A stretch of 32,000 nucleotides of DNA from Xylella taiwanensis (GTDB lineage: Bacteria; Pseudomonadota; Gammaproteobacteria; Xanthomonadales; Xanthomonadaceae). The notes beneath the pieces were generated by a model. The model ran no database searches, had not been told where the DNA came from, and saw only the letters and a program-made list of their open reading frames with translations. This document shows, piece after piece, positions 21,527 through 28,723 of the stretch; within the stretch, counting starts at the first letter, position 1, and each line of letters opens with the position of its first letter. A program made the translations under genes and the position numbers. The DNA is taken from assembly GCF_013177435.1 (NCBI RefSeq), contig NZ_CP053627.1:1290001-1322000 (forward strand), written 5' to 3'.

Positions 21527-21708
21527 TAGATTCCCTTTAGAATTCTGGATTGGTCGCTGTACGGTGGGATCCTCGGGTTATGCTTGGGATGCTCGTCGCA
21601 GGCATGGCCCCTAACAACCTGTACAGCGAAGTTAGTTTCGGTCCGGCTGTCGGCAATCAGATTGATTTATGAGGATGGTGTAGTGGCGACTCGCAAGGAA
21701 GCGTATGC

Positions 21709-21822
21709 ATGAAGCGAGTTGGCGATGTTGTCTGGCTGCACTTTGGCCCACAGGCAGGGCATGAATCGGTCGAATACGACCGCATACCCCCCTGTCGTCA
21801 ACGGCATTTAAACCATAGATGA
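21709..21822 (+). pseudogene. N-terminal stub of a MazF/PemK-type toxin gene, preceded by a possible antitoxin 3' end
   Basis: My own translation reads MKRVGDVVWLHFGPQAGHESVEYDRIPP..., which resembles the MazF/PemK N-terminus (GDxxWxDFxPxxGxEQxGxRP) but decays after about 20 aa. The upstream frame ends ...LIYEDGVVATRKEAYA* with an ATGA overlap onto this ATG, as in TA operons. Confidence 0.4.
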
Positions 21823-21844
21823 AGCGGGCAGGAAAGACGGAAAG

Positions 21845-22144
21845 GTGTTGGTGCGGACGCGGCGTAGCAATCAGGTTGAGCTTGATGGTAGTAGTCTGCC
21901 GGAGATTGTCGGTTTTGACATCGAAAATAATGGCATAGGCTTTAACGATGCCCACCGAGAATCTTTCGATACGCTCGACACCGATTTAAAGATCACCGAG
22001 GGCGGGAAAGGGTTCGGACGTTTTACCAGTCCTAAATATTTCGATGACTTGCACGTCAAAAGTATCTACCTGGACAGCGATGGCTTCAAATCCCGCAGCT
22101 TTTCGATGGGCAAGGAGCACGAGATCGAACGTCGACACGTCTGA
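21845..22144 (+). pseudogene. fragment of a GHKL (HATPase_c-like) ATPase gene
   Basis: This 99-aa ORF reads VGFDIENNGIGFNDAHRESF...ITEGGKGFGRFTSPKYFDDLHVKSIY. That matches the DNGIGF (G1 box) and GxxGxGRF (G2 box) ATP-lid arrangement. There is no N-terminal N-box and no downstream domains, so it is a fragment. Confidence 0.45.
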
Positions 22145-22149
22145 CAGGA

Positions 22150-23054
22150 CCGATACGGATCAACTGTGGCGCTTGCCATGCTCAAGGGGTGGGCTCGACA
22201 AAAAACTCTCGACCATGACCCGCCACCTTGTAGAGCGTCTTCTTCCCTCTTGTTACGCCCCGCACGGTGCGTGCACCGCGTTGGAGCCAGTACCAACCTC
22301 GATCATGCCGCCGCCGTCCGCGCTCGGTCTCCGACACTGCGGGTACCGTTGCAAGGGCAGGTACTGGAAATCGATTGCCTGGACAGCAGCAAAAACCTTT
22401 CCTTAAACGATGGGGGACGGATCATGAACGGTATCCAATACGACCCACGGGGCTGCGTGCGCGCCTACTGGCTGTGTGACACACATCCAGGTGAGCATGT
22501 GCATCACACATGACACCTACCCAGCTGGGCTGGTTCCCGCACAGGACATCATTCATCTTTACCGTGTCAACCCTCCTGGATAGGTGTCCGGTATCACACG
22601 GCTGGCTCCGGTGATTGCGCGTAAGAACCTTGAAACCCGTCTTGGTGTGCTGCTCAGCGGCGACCCTGACTGCATCAGCAATCTTCCGATGCCCGATGCA
22701 GGGCACTGTGCTCCCGGCTCCCAGCTGGCGACTTGCGGATGGCAAGACCTTGGCCCCTTGCCTAGAGGTGCGATGACCCGCATGGGTCCAGGGGAGAGCA
22801 TCACTACCGTAGAGCCCAAACCGACCGGCGGATATGTGGGCTATTGCAAGCTTCATCTGCAACTGATTGCCGCTGGTTTGGATGTTCCCTACGAGAGCAT
22901 GACCGGGGACATGAGCAACGTGAACTACCTAGCGTCCGTATTCGGCAAATTAAATTCAGGCGGGACTGCGAGCAGCTCCATGGTTAACGCTGGTACCGCC
23001 AACAGGTTTAAAAGACGCAAGCAACACCAAACGAAAGAACTTCTATGCGCCTGA
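22150..23054 (+). pseudogene. lambda-family phage portal protein pseudogene (frameshifted, both ends truncated)
   Basis: Pieces lie in different + frames. They include LRVPLQGQVLEIDCLDSS...GGRIMNGIQYDPRGCVRAYWLCDTHPGE, then ...AQDIIHLYRVNPPG, then SGITRLAPVIARKNLE..., then LHLQLIAAGLDVPYESMTGDMSNVNY, then IKFRRDCEQL in a third frame. This order matches portal-family blocks (PLQVQVLExDxLD, GIExDxxGxxxAY, RGVSxLAPV, IAAGLGVPYExLTGDxSxVNYSS, EFRR). The similarity ends where the AT-rich block begins, at about 23060. Confidence 0.65.
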
Positions 23055-23280
23055 ATGTCGAAAATTTCCAAATCACCGATTATAAGAATGATCCAGCTAG
23101 CGTCGCTATTTCTGTTGGTATTCATACGCCTTTCCACAGGCTGTCACTGTGGAACTTTCGGAATGCGAACTCTATCACTCAAGAAAACATTTATTTTCTA
23201 TAGAAGTATCAAAAATTTAGGGTAATGATAGGTACATTGAATGATGAAACACCAAACTCATTCAATTTAAAGGTATTGAT

Positions 23281-23898
23281 ATGTTCAAGAAAGGTATTGA
23301 TATTTCCCACTGGAATGGAGACATAGATTTTATAAAAGTTAAAGGAGCAAATATAGACTATGTTTTTATAAAAGCAACAGAAGGTGCGACATATCACGAT
23401 CCTCTCTATGTTAAGAATCGTTCCGGTGCACTATCCGCAGGAATGAAAGCGGGAACCTATCATTATTTTCGTGCACTGAGCAGTACACCAGAAGCACAGA
23501 AAGATAATATAGTTAATGTGCTGACTAAAAATGGATTTAATTCGTCACATGAATATTTGGCTTTAAGTGTGGCGCGCGTCGGTAATGAGGAGGCAAAACC
23601 AGAAGTGATTGCAGACAATCTTTACAAGTTACTTCTCTTGCTTGGGAAAGAATATATTATTGGAGATAGAAAGCCATTAATTTATTGCTCAAAAGGTTTC
23701 TGGGATGAAAGTGTGGCTGGAGACAGACATAATTTTAGTGAATACCCACTATGGGTTGCCAATTGGGACGTTGATGAACCTAAAATTCCGCAGACTTGGA
23801 GTAAAGCTGGTAAAACCTGGTCAGTCTGGCAATACAGTAGCAAAGGGAGTATTCCTGGGATTAATGGAGATGTGCTTTTGGATAACGTCCGCTTGTAG
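23281..23898 (+). CDS. GH25 muramidase (Chalaropsis-type lysozyme / endolysin-like)
   Basis: This is an intact 205-aa ORF: MFKKGIDISHWNGDIDFIKVKGANIDYVFIKATEGATYHDPLYVKNRSGALSAGMKAGTYHYF. That matches the GH25 signature GIDVSHWQGxIDW...FxxIKATEGxxYxD...GxYHF. There is no signal peptide. The gene and its flanks are strikingly AT-rich compared with their neighbours. Confidence 0.85.
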   Translation: MFKKGIDISHWNGDIDFIKVKGANIDYVFIKATEGATYHDPLYVKNRSGALSAGMKAGTYHYFRALSSTPEAQKDNIVNVLTKNGFNSSHEYLALSVARVGNEEAKPEVIADNLYKLLLLLGKEYIIGDRKPLIYCSKGFWDESVAGDRHNFSEYPLWVANWDVDEPKIPQTWSKAGKTWSVWQYSSKGSIPGINGDVLLDNVRL

Positions 23899-24043
23899 CC
23901 TTAATCTCTTCGGGAACACGGATCAGCGGAGGGTATAACAAACTCTCTTGTTACCACAGCCAGAGGCGAGGTGCAGAGAAGAATGCACTTCAACTCTGGC
24001 TCAACAAAAAATCATTGTGCAGCGCAAGCAGATGCAATGCAGC

Positions 24044-24667
24044 TTAGCTACCGTTGCGCTGTTGATTGGCGACTGATCCAATTAAAATGCCGCTATTAAG
24101 ATTTGGCATTATTGAAGGGGCGAGCAATGAGTGTGGCGTATGATGCGTGAAGCGTGAACTGAGTAACTTCTTGAATGCGATCACTCTTCTTAAATAGGCG
24201 AGAGGTGGCCTCGTGCCGCAGGTCGTGAAAACGCAGATTCTCAATCCCAAGGAAACGCACCACGTGGCCGAAGGCAATGCTGATCGATTTCGCATTGCAT
24301 GAAAATACGCCAGAGTTTGGTATTGCAGTGCTTTTCGTATCACCTAACTATCACACGCGGCAGCGGCTCGATAAGCACCCATGCTGGCGACAACATGCAA
24401 AACGACTTGTCGTTGCCAGTACGGCGTTTCGGGTACTTCATGTTACGCAGCAGGGCAATGCCCTTGTCGGGGCCCCTGTAGGCGCACAATCTCGTCTTGT
24501 CGCCGCGCAGTGAGTATGGCGAAGCGAACGATTGTGCCGTGCCCCGTATCCAGGTCAGTGAGTCGCTTCTTTTCTTCATCTGCCGTGAGGCGACTGTTGT
24601 ACTTCTTCAACTTGCCGATGATGCGATGTTGCCGCAGAAACTCGCTCGCCTCCTGGAGTGTGGCCAA
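24044..24667 (-). pseudogene. second tyrosine recombinase (integrase) pseudogene, frameshifted and 5'-truncated
   Basis: Minus-strand pieces: FAILTARRQDEIVRL (ORF 24443-24667), NMKYPKRRTGNDKSF...LSPAW (ORF 24340-24579), and my own translation FHDLRHEATSRLFKK...IQEVTQFT.H (around 24120-24240), the box-II HDLRH region. The pieces sit in three different frames. Confidence 0.7.
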
Positions 24668-24679
24668 TTGCGCCGGAAC

Positions 24680-24794
24680 CCCGAGTCCGGCCTGTACGCT
24701 TTAGTGACGGCGTTCCCGCAAGTCGGAAGCCTGCAAGTTCGCCAAGTGGGTGACACGTGAAGTTCTCCCCTCGATCCGCAAGACGGGGGTATAG
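24680..24794 (+). pseudogene. C-terminal fragment of a BRO-N / antirepressor-type domain
   Basis: My own translation over two frames reads PESGLYALV then RSRKSEACKFAKWVTREVLPSIRKTGV*. This matches the conserved BRO-N end (ESGLYxLIxxSxxxxAxxFxxWVTxEVLPSIRKTG). It abuts the truncated integrase on the opposite strand. Confidence 0.55.
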
Positions 24795-24836
24795 CGCCCA
24801 TCCAGCCGGAGCCTTCCTCAATGACCAGAGGTCTAC

Positions 24837-25037
24837 ATGGTCTGGTTTTTGATCGGCCACGGCAGCGGCGTGGTTGCGATGAGCGACTGCCGCCGTGCGG
24901 TGGCGATTGGTGGGGATGCGGCGGCATACATCAGGACATGGCGCGGCGTGTACGAGTGGCTGCTGGAGCGGATGCGCCACGCGGAACGGCAAGCCGCCTT
25001 GGAGCTGCATGAGACGTTGCGCAGGGAGGCGGCGTGA
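24837..25037 (+). CDS. hypothetical small phage-type protein (66 aa)
   Basis: GC-rich ORF from the track. Its stop overlaps (TGATG) the ATG of a further 35-aa ORF (25037-25144, MFNDISRPTFPSEHLPDIAKAAIERMSLTLSLGIL). This coupling is typical of phage early genes. I recognised no family. Confidence 0.3.
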   Translation: MVWFLIGHGSGVVAMSDCRRAVAIGGDAAAYIRTWRGVYEWLLERMRHAERQAALELHETLRREAA

Positions 25038-25158
25038 TGTTTAACGATATAAGCCGCCCCACCTTTCCATCCGAGCATCTACCGGATATCGCAAAGGCCG
25101 CCATTGAACGTATGAGCCTGACGCTTTCCTTGGGTATTTTATAGACTACACCCGTAGC

Positions 25159-25456
25159 ATGATTGAGTTGAAGCAGACTGGAACCTTCCGCAAGTGGTTT
25201 GCCAAGCTCCTAGATGAGCGCGCGACTACAGCGATTTCGTTGCGGCTGGTGCGGCTGGCCTACGGTCACACTGGTGACGTTGAACCGATAGGAAGGGGAG
25301 TCAGTGAGCTTCACATTCACTACGGCCCCGGGTACCGGGTGTATTTTCAGAGGCGCGGCGACACGATCATCGTCCTGCTGTGTGGCGGCGATCAAGAAAT
25401 CGCAGGCTCACGACATCAAGACGGCGTTGCGCCTTGCTGACGAATGGAGCGAATGA
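25159..25456 (+). pseudogene. RelE/ParE-superfamily toxin (HigB-like addiction-module killer), apparent 1-nt frameshift near the 3' end
   Basis: The sequence MIELKQTGTFRKWFAKLLDERATTAISLRLVRLAYGHTGDVEPIGRGVSELHIHYGPGYRVYFQRRGDTIIVLLCGGD matches the killer-protein family. After GGD (about 25393) the annotated frame gives QEIAGSRHQDGVAPC* (stop at 25440). The +1 frame gives KKSQAHDIKTALRLADEWSE*, which looks like the family C-terminus. That frame's TGA (25454-25456) overlaps the antitoxin ATG as ATGA. Confidence 0.7.
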
Positions 25457-25752
25457 CCGTGACCGAGAAACTGACCACTTTCGACCCGGCTGAGCACTTG
25501 AAATCCAACAAGGCCATCGCCGACTTCATGGCCGGTGCGTTCGAGACGAACGATCCAGGATTCATCGCCCAAGCGCTTGGCATTGTCGCCCGCGCCAAGG
25601 GCATGACGCAGATAGCCAAAGAGACGGGCCTATCACGCGAACAGCTTTCCCGCTCGTTCAGTGCCGAGGGGAACCCGACGCTACGCACGACACTGGTTGT
25701 AATGAAGGCGCTCGGGATCGAGCTGTCTGCAAGGTCGTCATTGAGCGCATAA
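25453..25752 (+). CDS. HigA-family HTH antitoxin (addiction-module antidote protein)
   Basis: The ORF is 25444-25752, with a likely start at MTVTEKLTTFDPAEHL (25453). The HTH is GMTQIAKETGLSREQLSRSFSAEGNPTLRTTLVVMKALG. It pairs with the upstream toxin. Confidence 0.8.
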   Translation: MTVTEKLTTFDPAEHLKSNKAIADFMAGAFETNDPGFIAQALGIVARAKGMTQIAKETGLSREQLSRSFSAEGNPTLRTTLVVMKALGIELSARSSLSA

Positions 25753-25904
25753 CTCGGGCGCTGTCCCTGACATGTGATGCCGCCCCTTGAGTGATGTTGG
25801 GGGGAGGCGTAGCGATGAGTTGATACCTCATCATTTTCCCCCTAATCTACGCGCCTGAGTGGTGATCCTACTCATTCGTTTTTGCCGCCATCGCGCGATT
25901 CCTC

Positions 25905-25937
25905 AAGCCCTGTCTACCCGCAGGGCTTCTTTTTTAT
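25905..25937 (+). terminator. rho-independent terminator (first of two in tandem)
   Basis: Stem AAGCCCTG (25905-25912) / CAGGGCTT (25921-25928), an 8-nt loop, followed by CTTTTTTATT. Confidence 0.65.
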
Positions 25938-25948
25938 TGAAAGCACAG

Positions 25949-25974
25949 ACCGCCTTTGGGCGGTTTTTTGTTTT
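25949..25974 (+). terminator. rho-independent terminator (second of two in tandem)
   Basis: Stem ACCGCC (25949-25954) / GGCGGT (25959-25964), loop TTTG, followed by TTTTTGTTTT. Confidence 0.65.
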
Positions 25975-25987
25975 GAGGAGAACGGCT

Positions 25988-26065
25988 ATGAACCTAGAAA
26001 CCGAAGGCATCGCCCTCATCCGCGATGCTCCGCCGGGTAAAGCCAGCAAACCCAGGAGGAGTTGA
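25988..26065 (+). CDS. possible 25-aa leader ORF or relic upstream of the virion genes
   Basis: GAGGAG (25975-25980) lies 7 nt before the ATG at 25988. The product is MNLETEGIALIRDAPPGKASKPRRS*, and the stop overlaps the next gene's start region. It may be a remnant of an upstream capsid-module gene. Confidence 0.2.
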   Translation: MNLETEGIALIRDAPPGKASKPRRS

Positions 26066-26067
26066 GC

Positions 26068-26436
26068 ATGGCCGAGTCATTGAGCGTCCGAGCCTTCATC
26101 AATCGCTATCCGGAGTTCGCCACGCAGCCCCAAGAACGGCTGGCCCTGGCCATTGAGGACGCAGGCCCCTGGGTGGATGCACGCCGCTGGGGGCCGTGCT
26201 ATCAGCAAGGCTTAGCCAGTCTGGCCGCCCATTTTGTATGGTCGATGCCGGACATGAGCGGCGATGCCGCCGCCGCCGGGGCCAAAGGGGCGGTGATCGC
26301 TGAGCGTGCCGGCGATCTCCAGGTGGGTTACGCCGCCGCCCCATCAGGGGGTATCGGGGATGCGTGGCTGATGACCTCAGTGTATGGGCAGCGTTACGTG
26401 GCCCTGCGCCGCAGGGCCGGCATGGGCGCTGTGTAA
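26068..26436 (+). CDS. phage head-tail connector-type protein (DUF4054-like)
   Basis: The ORF is 26062-26436. An ATG at 26068 is preceded by GGAGGAG. FINRYPEFATQPQERLALAIEDAGPWVDARRWGPCYQQGLASLAAHFV matches my recollection of the DUF4054 pattern (F...PEF......I...L..A...V....WG......A...LAAHxL). Confidence 0.6.
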   Translation: MAESLSVRAFINRYPEFATQPQERLALAIEDAGPWVDARRWGPCYQQGLASLAAHFVWSMPDMSGDAAAAGAKGAVIAERAGDLQVGYAAAPSGGIGDAWLMTSVYGQRYVALRRRAGMGAV

Positions 26437-26456
26437 ATGATTAGGCATGTAGGGAT

Positions 26457-26473
26457 AAGGCCACACTGGCCTT
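26457..26473. terminator. short GC hairpin between convergent gene ends
   Basis: AAGGCCA-cac-TGGCCTT lies between the stop of the DUF4054-like gene (26436) and the stop of the pilin gene (26484). There is no clear U-run on either strand. Confidence 0.25.
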
Positions 26474-26483
26474 TGGAAGCCAT

Positions 26484-27050
26484 TCAAAGGAACTCGTAGG
26501 TCGATTTTCTACAGTTTCTAGGTCGCAACTCTTCGGCAACGTCTGTGAGGCAGTACCAACGCCCCCCTAAAGACTGGCCTAACTCCTGACCCCCATTGGG
26601 AAGCTTGATGATTTCATAAACGTTGGCTTGAGTACTGAAACGATGCCAAGAGATAGTTTTATTGTTGACCAGCGCATTGCCGTTTATCGTGCATGTGATT
26701 AGGGTATCGCTATCCGTCTGGGTGACGGCACCAGTTTTAATATCATTCTGAACGCCATCCGCCTGCCGTATCTCGACCATGATGCGATGGCAACGCAGCG
26801 TGGAAGTGGGCAAACCAATCTGGTTGGGGTGATCGACGATCATCTCGGAACGGGAGGCTTTCCGCGGCAAGGGCTCGTTAAAAATAAGCTCGGCTTGCGT
26901 CCTGCCCGGCGTGATATCGGCCAGTGCCGCCACGGTTTGAATTCGGGCGACGTAACTCCGGTAAATGGGCACAGCGATGGCTGCTAGCCCGGCAATGATG
27001 GCAATGACGATGAGCACCTCGGTCAAAGTAAAGCCTTCTTGATTCTCCAT
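26484..27050 (-). CDS. type IVa pilin-like protein (major-pilin type prepilin)
   Basis: This is a 188-aa ORF. The leader plus cleavage/methylation motif is MENQEG|FTLTEVLIVIAIIAGLAAIAVPIYRSYVARIQ, with G-1, F+1 and E+5. A C-terminal Cys pair, CLTDVAEELRPRNC, fits a D-region disulfide loop. Confidence 0.85.
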   Translation of the reverse strand: MENQEGFTLTEVLIVIAIIAGLAAIAVPIYRSYVARIQTVAALADITPGRTQAELIFNEPLPRKASRSEMIVDHPNQIGLPTSTLRCHRIMVEIRQADGVQNDIKTGAVTQTDSDTLITCTINGNALVNNKTISWHRFSTQANVYEIIKLPNGGQELGQSLGGRWYCLTDVAEELRPRNCRKSTYEFL

Positions 27051-27149
27051 ATTGGATGCTTTGTTCAGTATTGAGAAGGCCGTTATTGTGATTTATTTCA
27101 AAATAAAAAAAATATTTTGTCATAAAAAATTTTTGACGAAAGTTTAAAA

Positions 27150-27599
27150 ATGTCATGTTGGATCTGCGACAGCGACCCAACGCAATGGAAGCGGTTGTCC
27201 GAGCGGCTTGAGGCCGCCGCGGCGCACTGTGTGGTGGTGGGGATCCCGGCCTCGTGCAACGCCCGGCCTGGAGAGGCCATCGCATCCGCCTGCTGGCGGT
27301 GCATGAATTTGGTGCCCCTGAGCGAGGCATTCCGGAGCGCTCGGTGGTGCTGCGTTCCATTCGTCAGTACCAGGAAAAATATGGCGCGCTGAACCGTCAG
27401 CACATCCGTGCCATGTTGCATGGCGAGATGACCGCGGAGACCACCCTGAACAGGTTGGGCACCCTGTCCGGTGACGATCCGCCATGCCGATCTGACACCA
27501 TTGGCAGCGCAGACGATCCAGCGCAAGGGGTCCAGCGCCTCGCTGATCGACACCGGACAGCTGATTCAGTCGATCACCCATGAGGTGAGAGATGCTTAA
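27150..27599 (+). pseudogene. HK97 gp10-like head-tail/neck protein gene with two apparent frameshifts
   Basis: Three + frames read in succession. The first is ...RLSERLEAAAAHCVVVGIPAS..ARPGEAIAS (from 27150). The second is LLAVHEFGAPERGIPERSVVLRSIRQYQEKYG...LNRLGTL (ORF 27254-27583). The third is VTIRHADLTPLAAQTIQRKGSSASLIDTGQLIQSITHEVRDA* (stop 27597-27599). Together they give the family pattern (VGV...A.VHEFG...IPxRxFLR...PL...TI..KGS..LIDTGxL..SI). The shifts are near 27290 and 27470. Confidence 0.55.
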
Positions 27600-27984
27600 T
27601 GTCAGCGCGCTGTTGCGCAATCCAACATTCGCCCAGCGTGTCCAGGTGCTGCGCGGCACAGGCCAGTACCTGCCCGATGGCACCTGGACCCAAGGGTATG
27701 TGCTGGAAGAGGTCACTGCGATCATCCACCCCGTGAAACCGGATGACCTGCAATTGCTCCCCGAAGGCGCGCACCATCTGCCCTCGAAAAAGATCATGAG
27801 CCTGGAGGTGCTCCAAGTGGCTGATGTGCTGCTGTACCCGGAGACCCACTGGCGTATCGCGCAGCTTTTTAACTGGTCCGACTATGGCTACTACCACGGT
27901 ATCGGGGTTCGACATGACGGGCTGGGATCACGACACCTGCTGGTATCCGCTGCGCGCCCCTATCGGGATGCGCACCGCACCTAG
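27592..27984 (+). CDS. phage virion-module protein, unknown function (130 aa)
   Basis: The ATG overlaps the upstream stop (ATGCTTAA). Composition is GC-rich and phage-like. The 3' end overlaps the next gene by 16-70 nt depending on that gene's start, so the C-terminus may be extended by a lost stop. Confidence 0.5.
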   Translation: MLNVSALLRNPTFAQRVQVLRGTGQYLPDGTWTQGYVLEEVTAIIHPVKPDDLQLLPEGAHHLPSKKIMSLEVLQVADVLLYPETHWRIAQLFNWSDYGYYHGIGVRHDGLGSRHLLVSAARPYRDAHRT

Positions 27985-28723
27985 TGTTGCGGTGTATTTC
28001 GCCATCGACCTGTCCAGCTCGATGAATACGCTCGCCCCCAATGGTCAGTCGCGGCTGAGCAACATGAAGAGCGCGCTGCATGCGGTGCTGGATCAGCTCG
28101 GTGAAGCGGTCGCCGCCGGCGCCGCGCTAGACATCATGTTGACCGGGTTCGGCGATGCTCCGGATGTCCGTCAGAGCATCGTGCGGCGTCATTGCACGGT
28201 GCCGGACATCACTGATGTGAAGGCCTGGGTCAGTTCCCGCGTCGCCACGTATGGCACTTACTTTCCTGCCGGCACGATGGACATGCCCGGCTTCTACGGC
28301 GGGGCACCTTCCGATGCGATCCGGCTGGCGTTTTTCATGACCGATGGGGAGCCGAGCGCCCCTGCCGCCAGCATCGCCCAGGCCGCGCGCGCTGATGTGG
28401 ATCAGGTGGCCAACCTGCGGTGCTACGGCATCAATATCGACCTGAGCGACACGACCTACACCGACATGGTCAACAATGTGCCCGGCACGGCCTCGCCGGT
28501 GGTGAGCGGCGGTGATACGACGGCGCTGGCGGGCCTGATGCGGGCAGGGATCTTCACGGGGCTGTTAGCGATGAACGTGGCGCACGTGAGTCTGCAGCAA
28601 CACGTGCACGCCTTCGCGTACACACCGAGTGATCCGGCCCCGGCAGACAACACGATCACGGCCACCGCTTACACGCCGGTATTCGACGGCATCATCGTGG
28701 ACGGAGGCCATCTCGATGGTTGA
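27914..28723 (+). CDS. von Willebrand factor type A (vWA/MIDAS) domain protein inside the virion module
   Basis: The ORF is 27824-28723. Candidate starts are the ATG at 27914 and the ATG at 27969. VAVYFAIDLSSSMN is a DxSxS MIDAS motif at the end of a beta strand. LAFFMTDGEPS is the second vWA block (TDG). The stop overlaps the next gene's start (ATGGTTGA). Confidence 0.65.
   Translation: MTGWDHDTCWYPLRAPIGMRTAPSVAVYFAIDLSSSMNTLAPNGQSRLSNMKSALHAVLDQLGEAVAAGAALDIMLTGFGDAPDVRQSIVRRHCTVPDITDVKAWVSSRVATYGTYFPAGTMDMPGFYGGAPSDAIRLAFFMTDGEPSAPAASIAQAARADVDQVANLRCYGINIDLSDTTYTDMVNNVPGTASPVVSGGDTTALAGLMRAGIFTGLLAMNVAHVSLQQHVHAFAYTPSDPAPADNTITATAYTPVFDGIIVDGGHLDG

Noticed and set aside
24576-25078. Minus-strand ORFs of 144, 106 and 81 aa in the GC-rich stretch after the BRO-N fragment
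   Set aside because: They are Arg/Pro/Ala/His-rich, overlap each other in different frames, and run opposite to the coupled + strand small ORFs. They are most likely GC-driven artefacts.
25859-26065. 68-aa + strand ORF between higA and the virion genes
   Set aside because: It reads straight through two good rho-independent terminators (25905-25937, 25949-25974). Only its last 25 codons, which have their own GAGGAG Shine-Dalgarno, might be translated.
26878-27915. Minus-strand ORFs of 160, 151, 214 and 113 aa overlapping the pilin 5' end and the gp10-like / following phage genes
   Set aside because: They overlap each other and the + strand genes that carry family motifs. Their products are low-complexity (Arg/Pro/Ser/Gly/Trp-rich).
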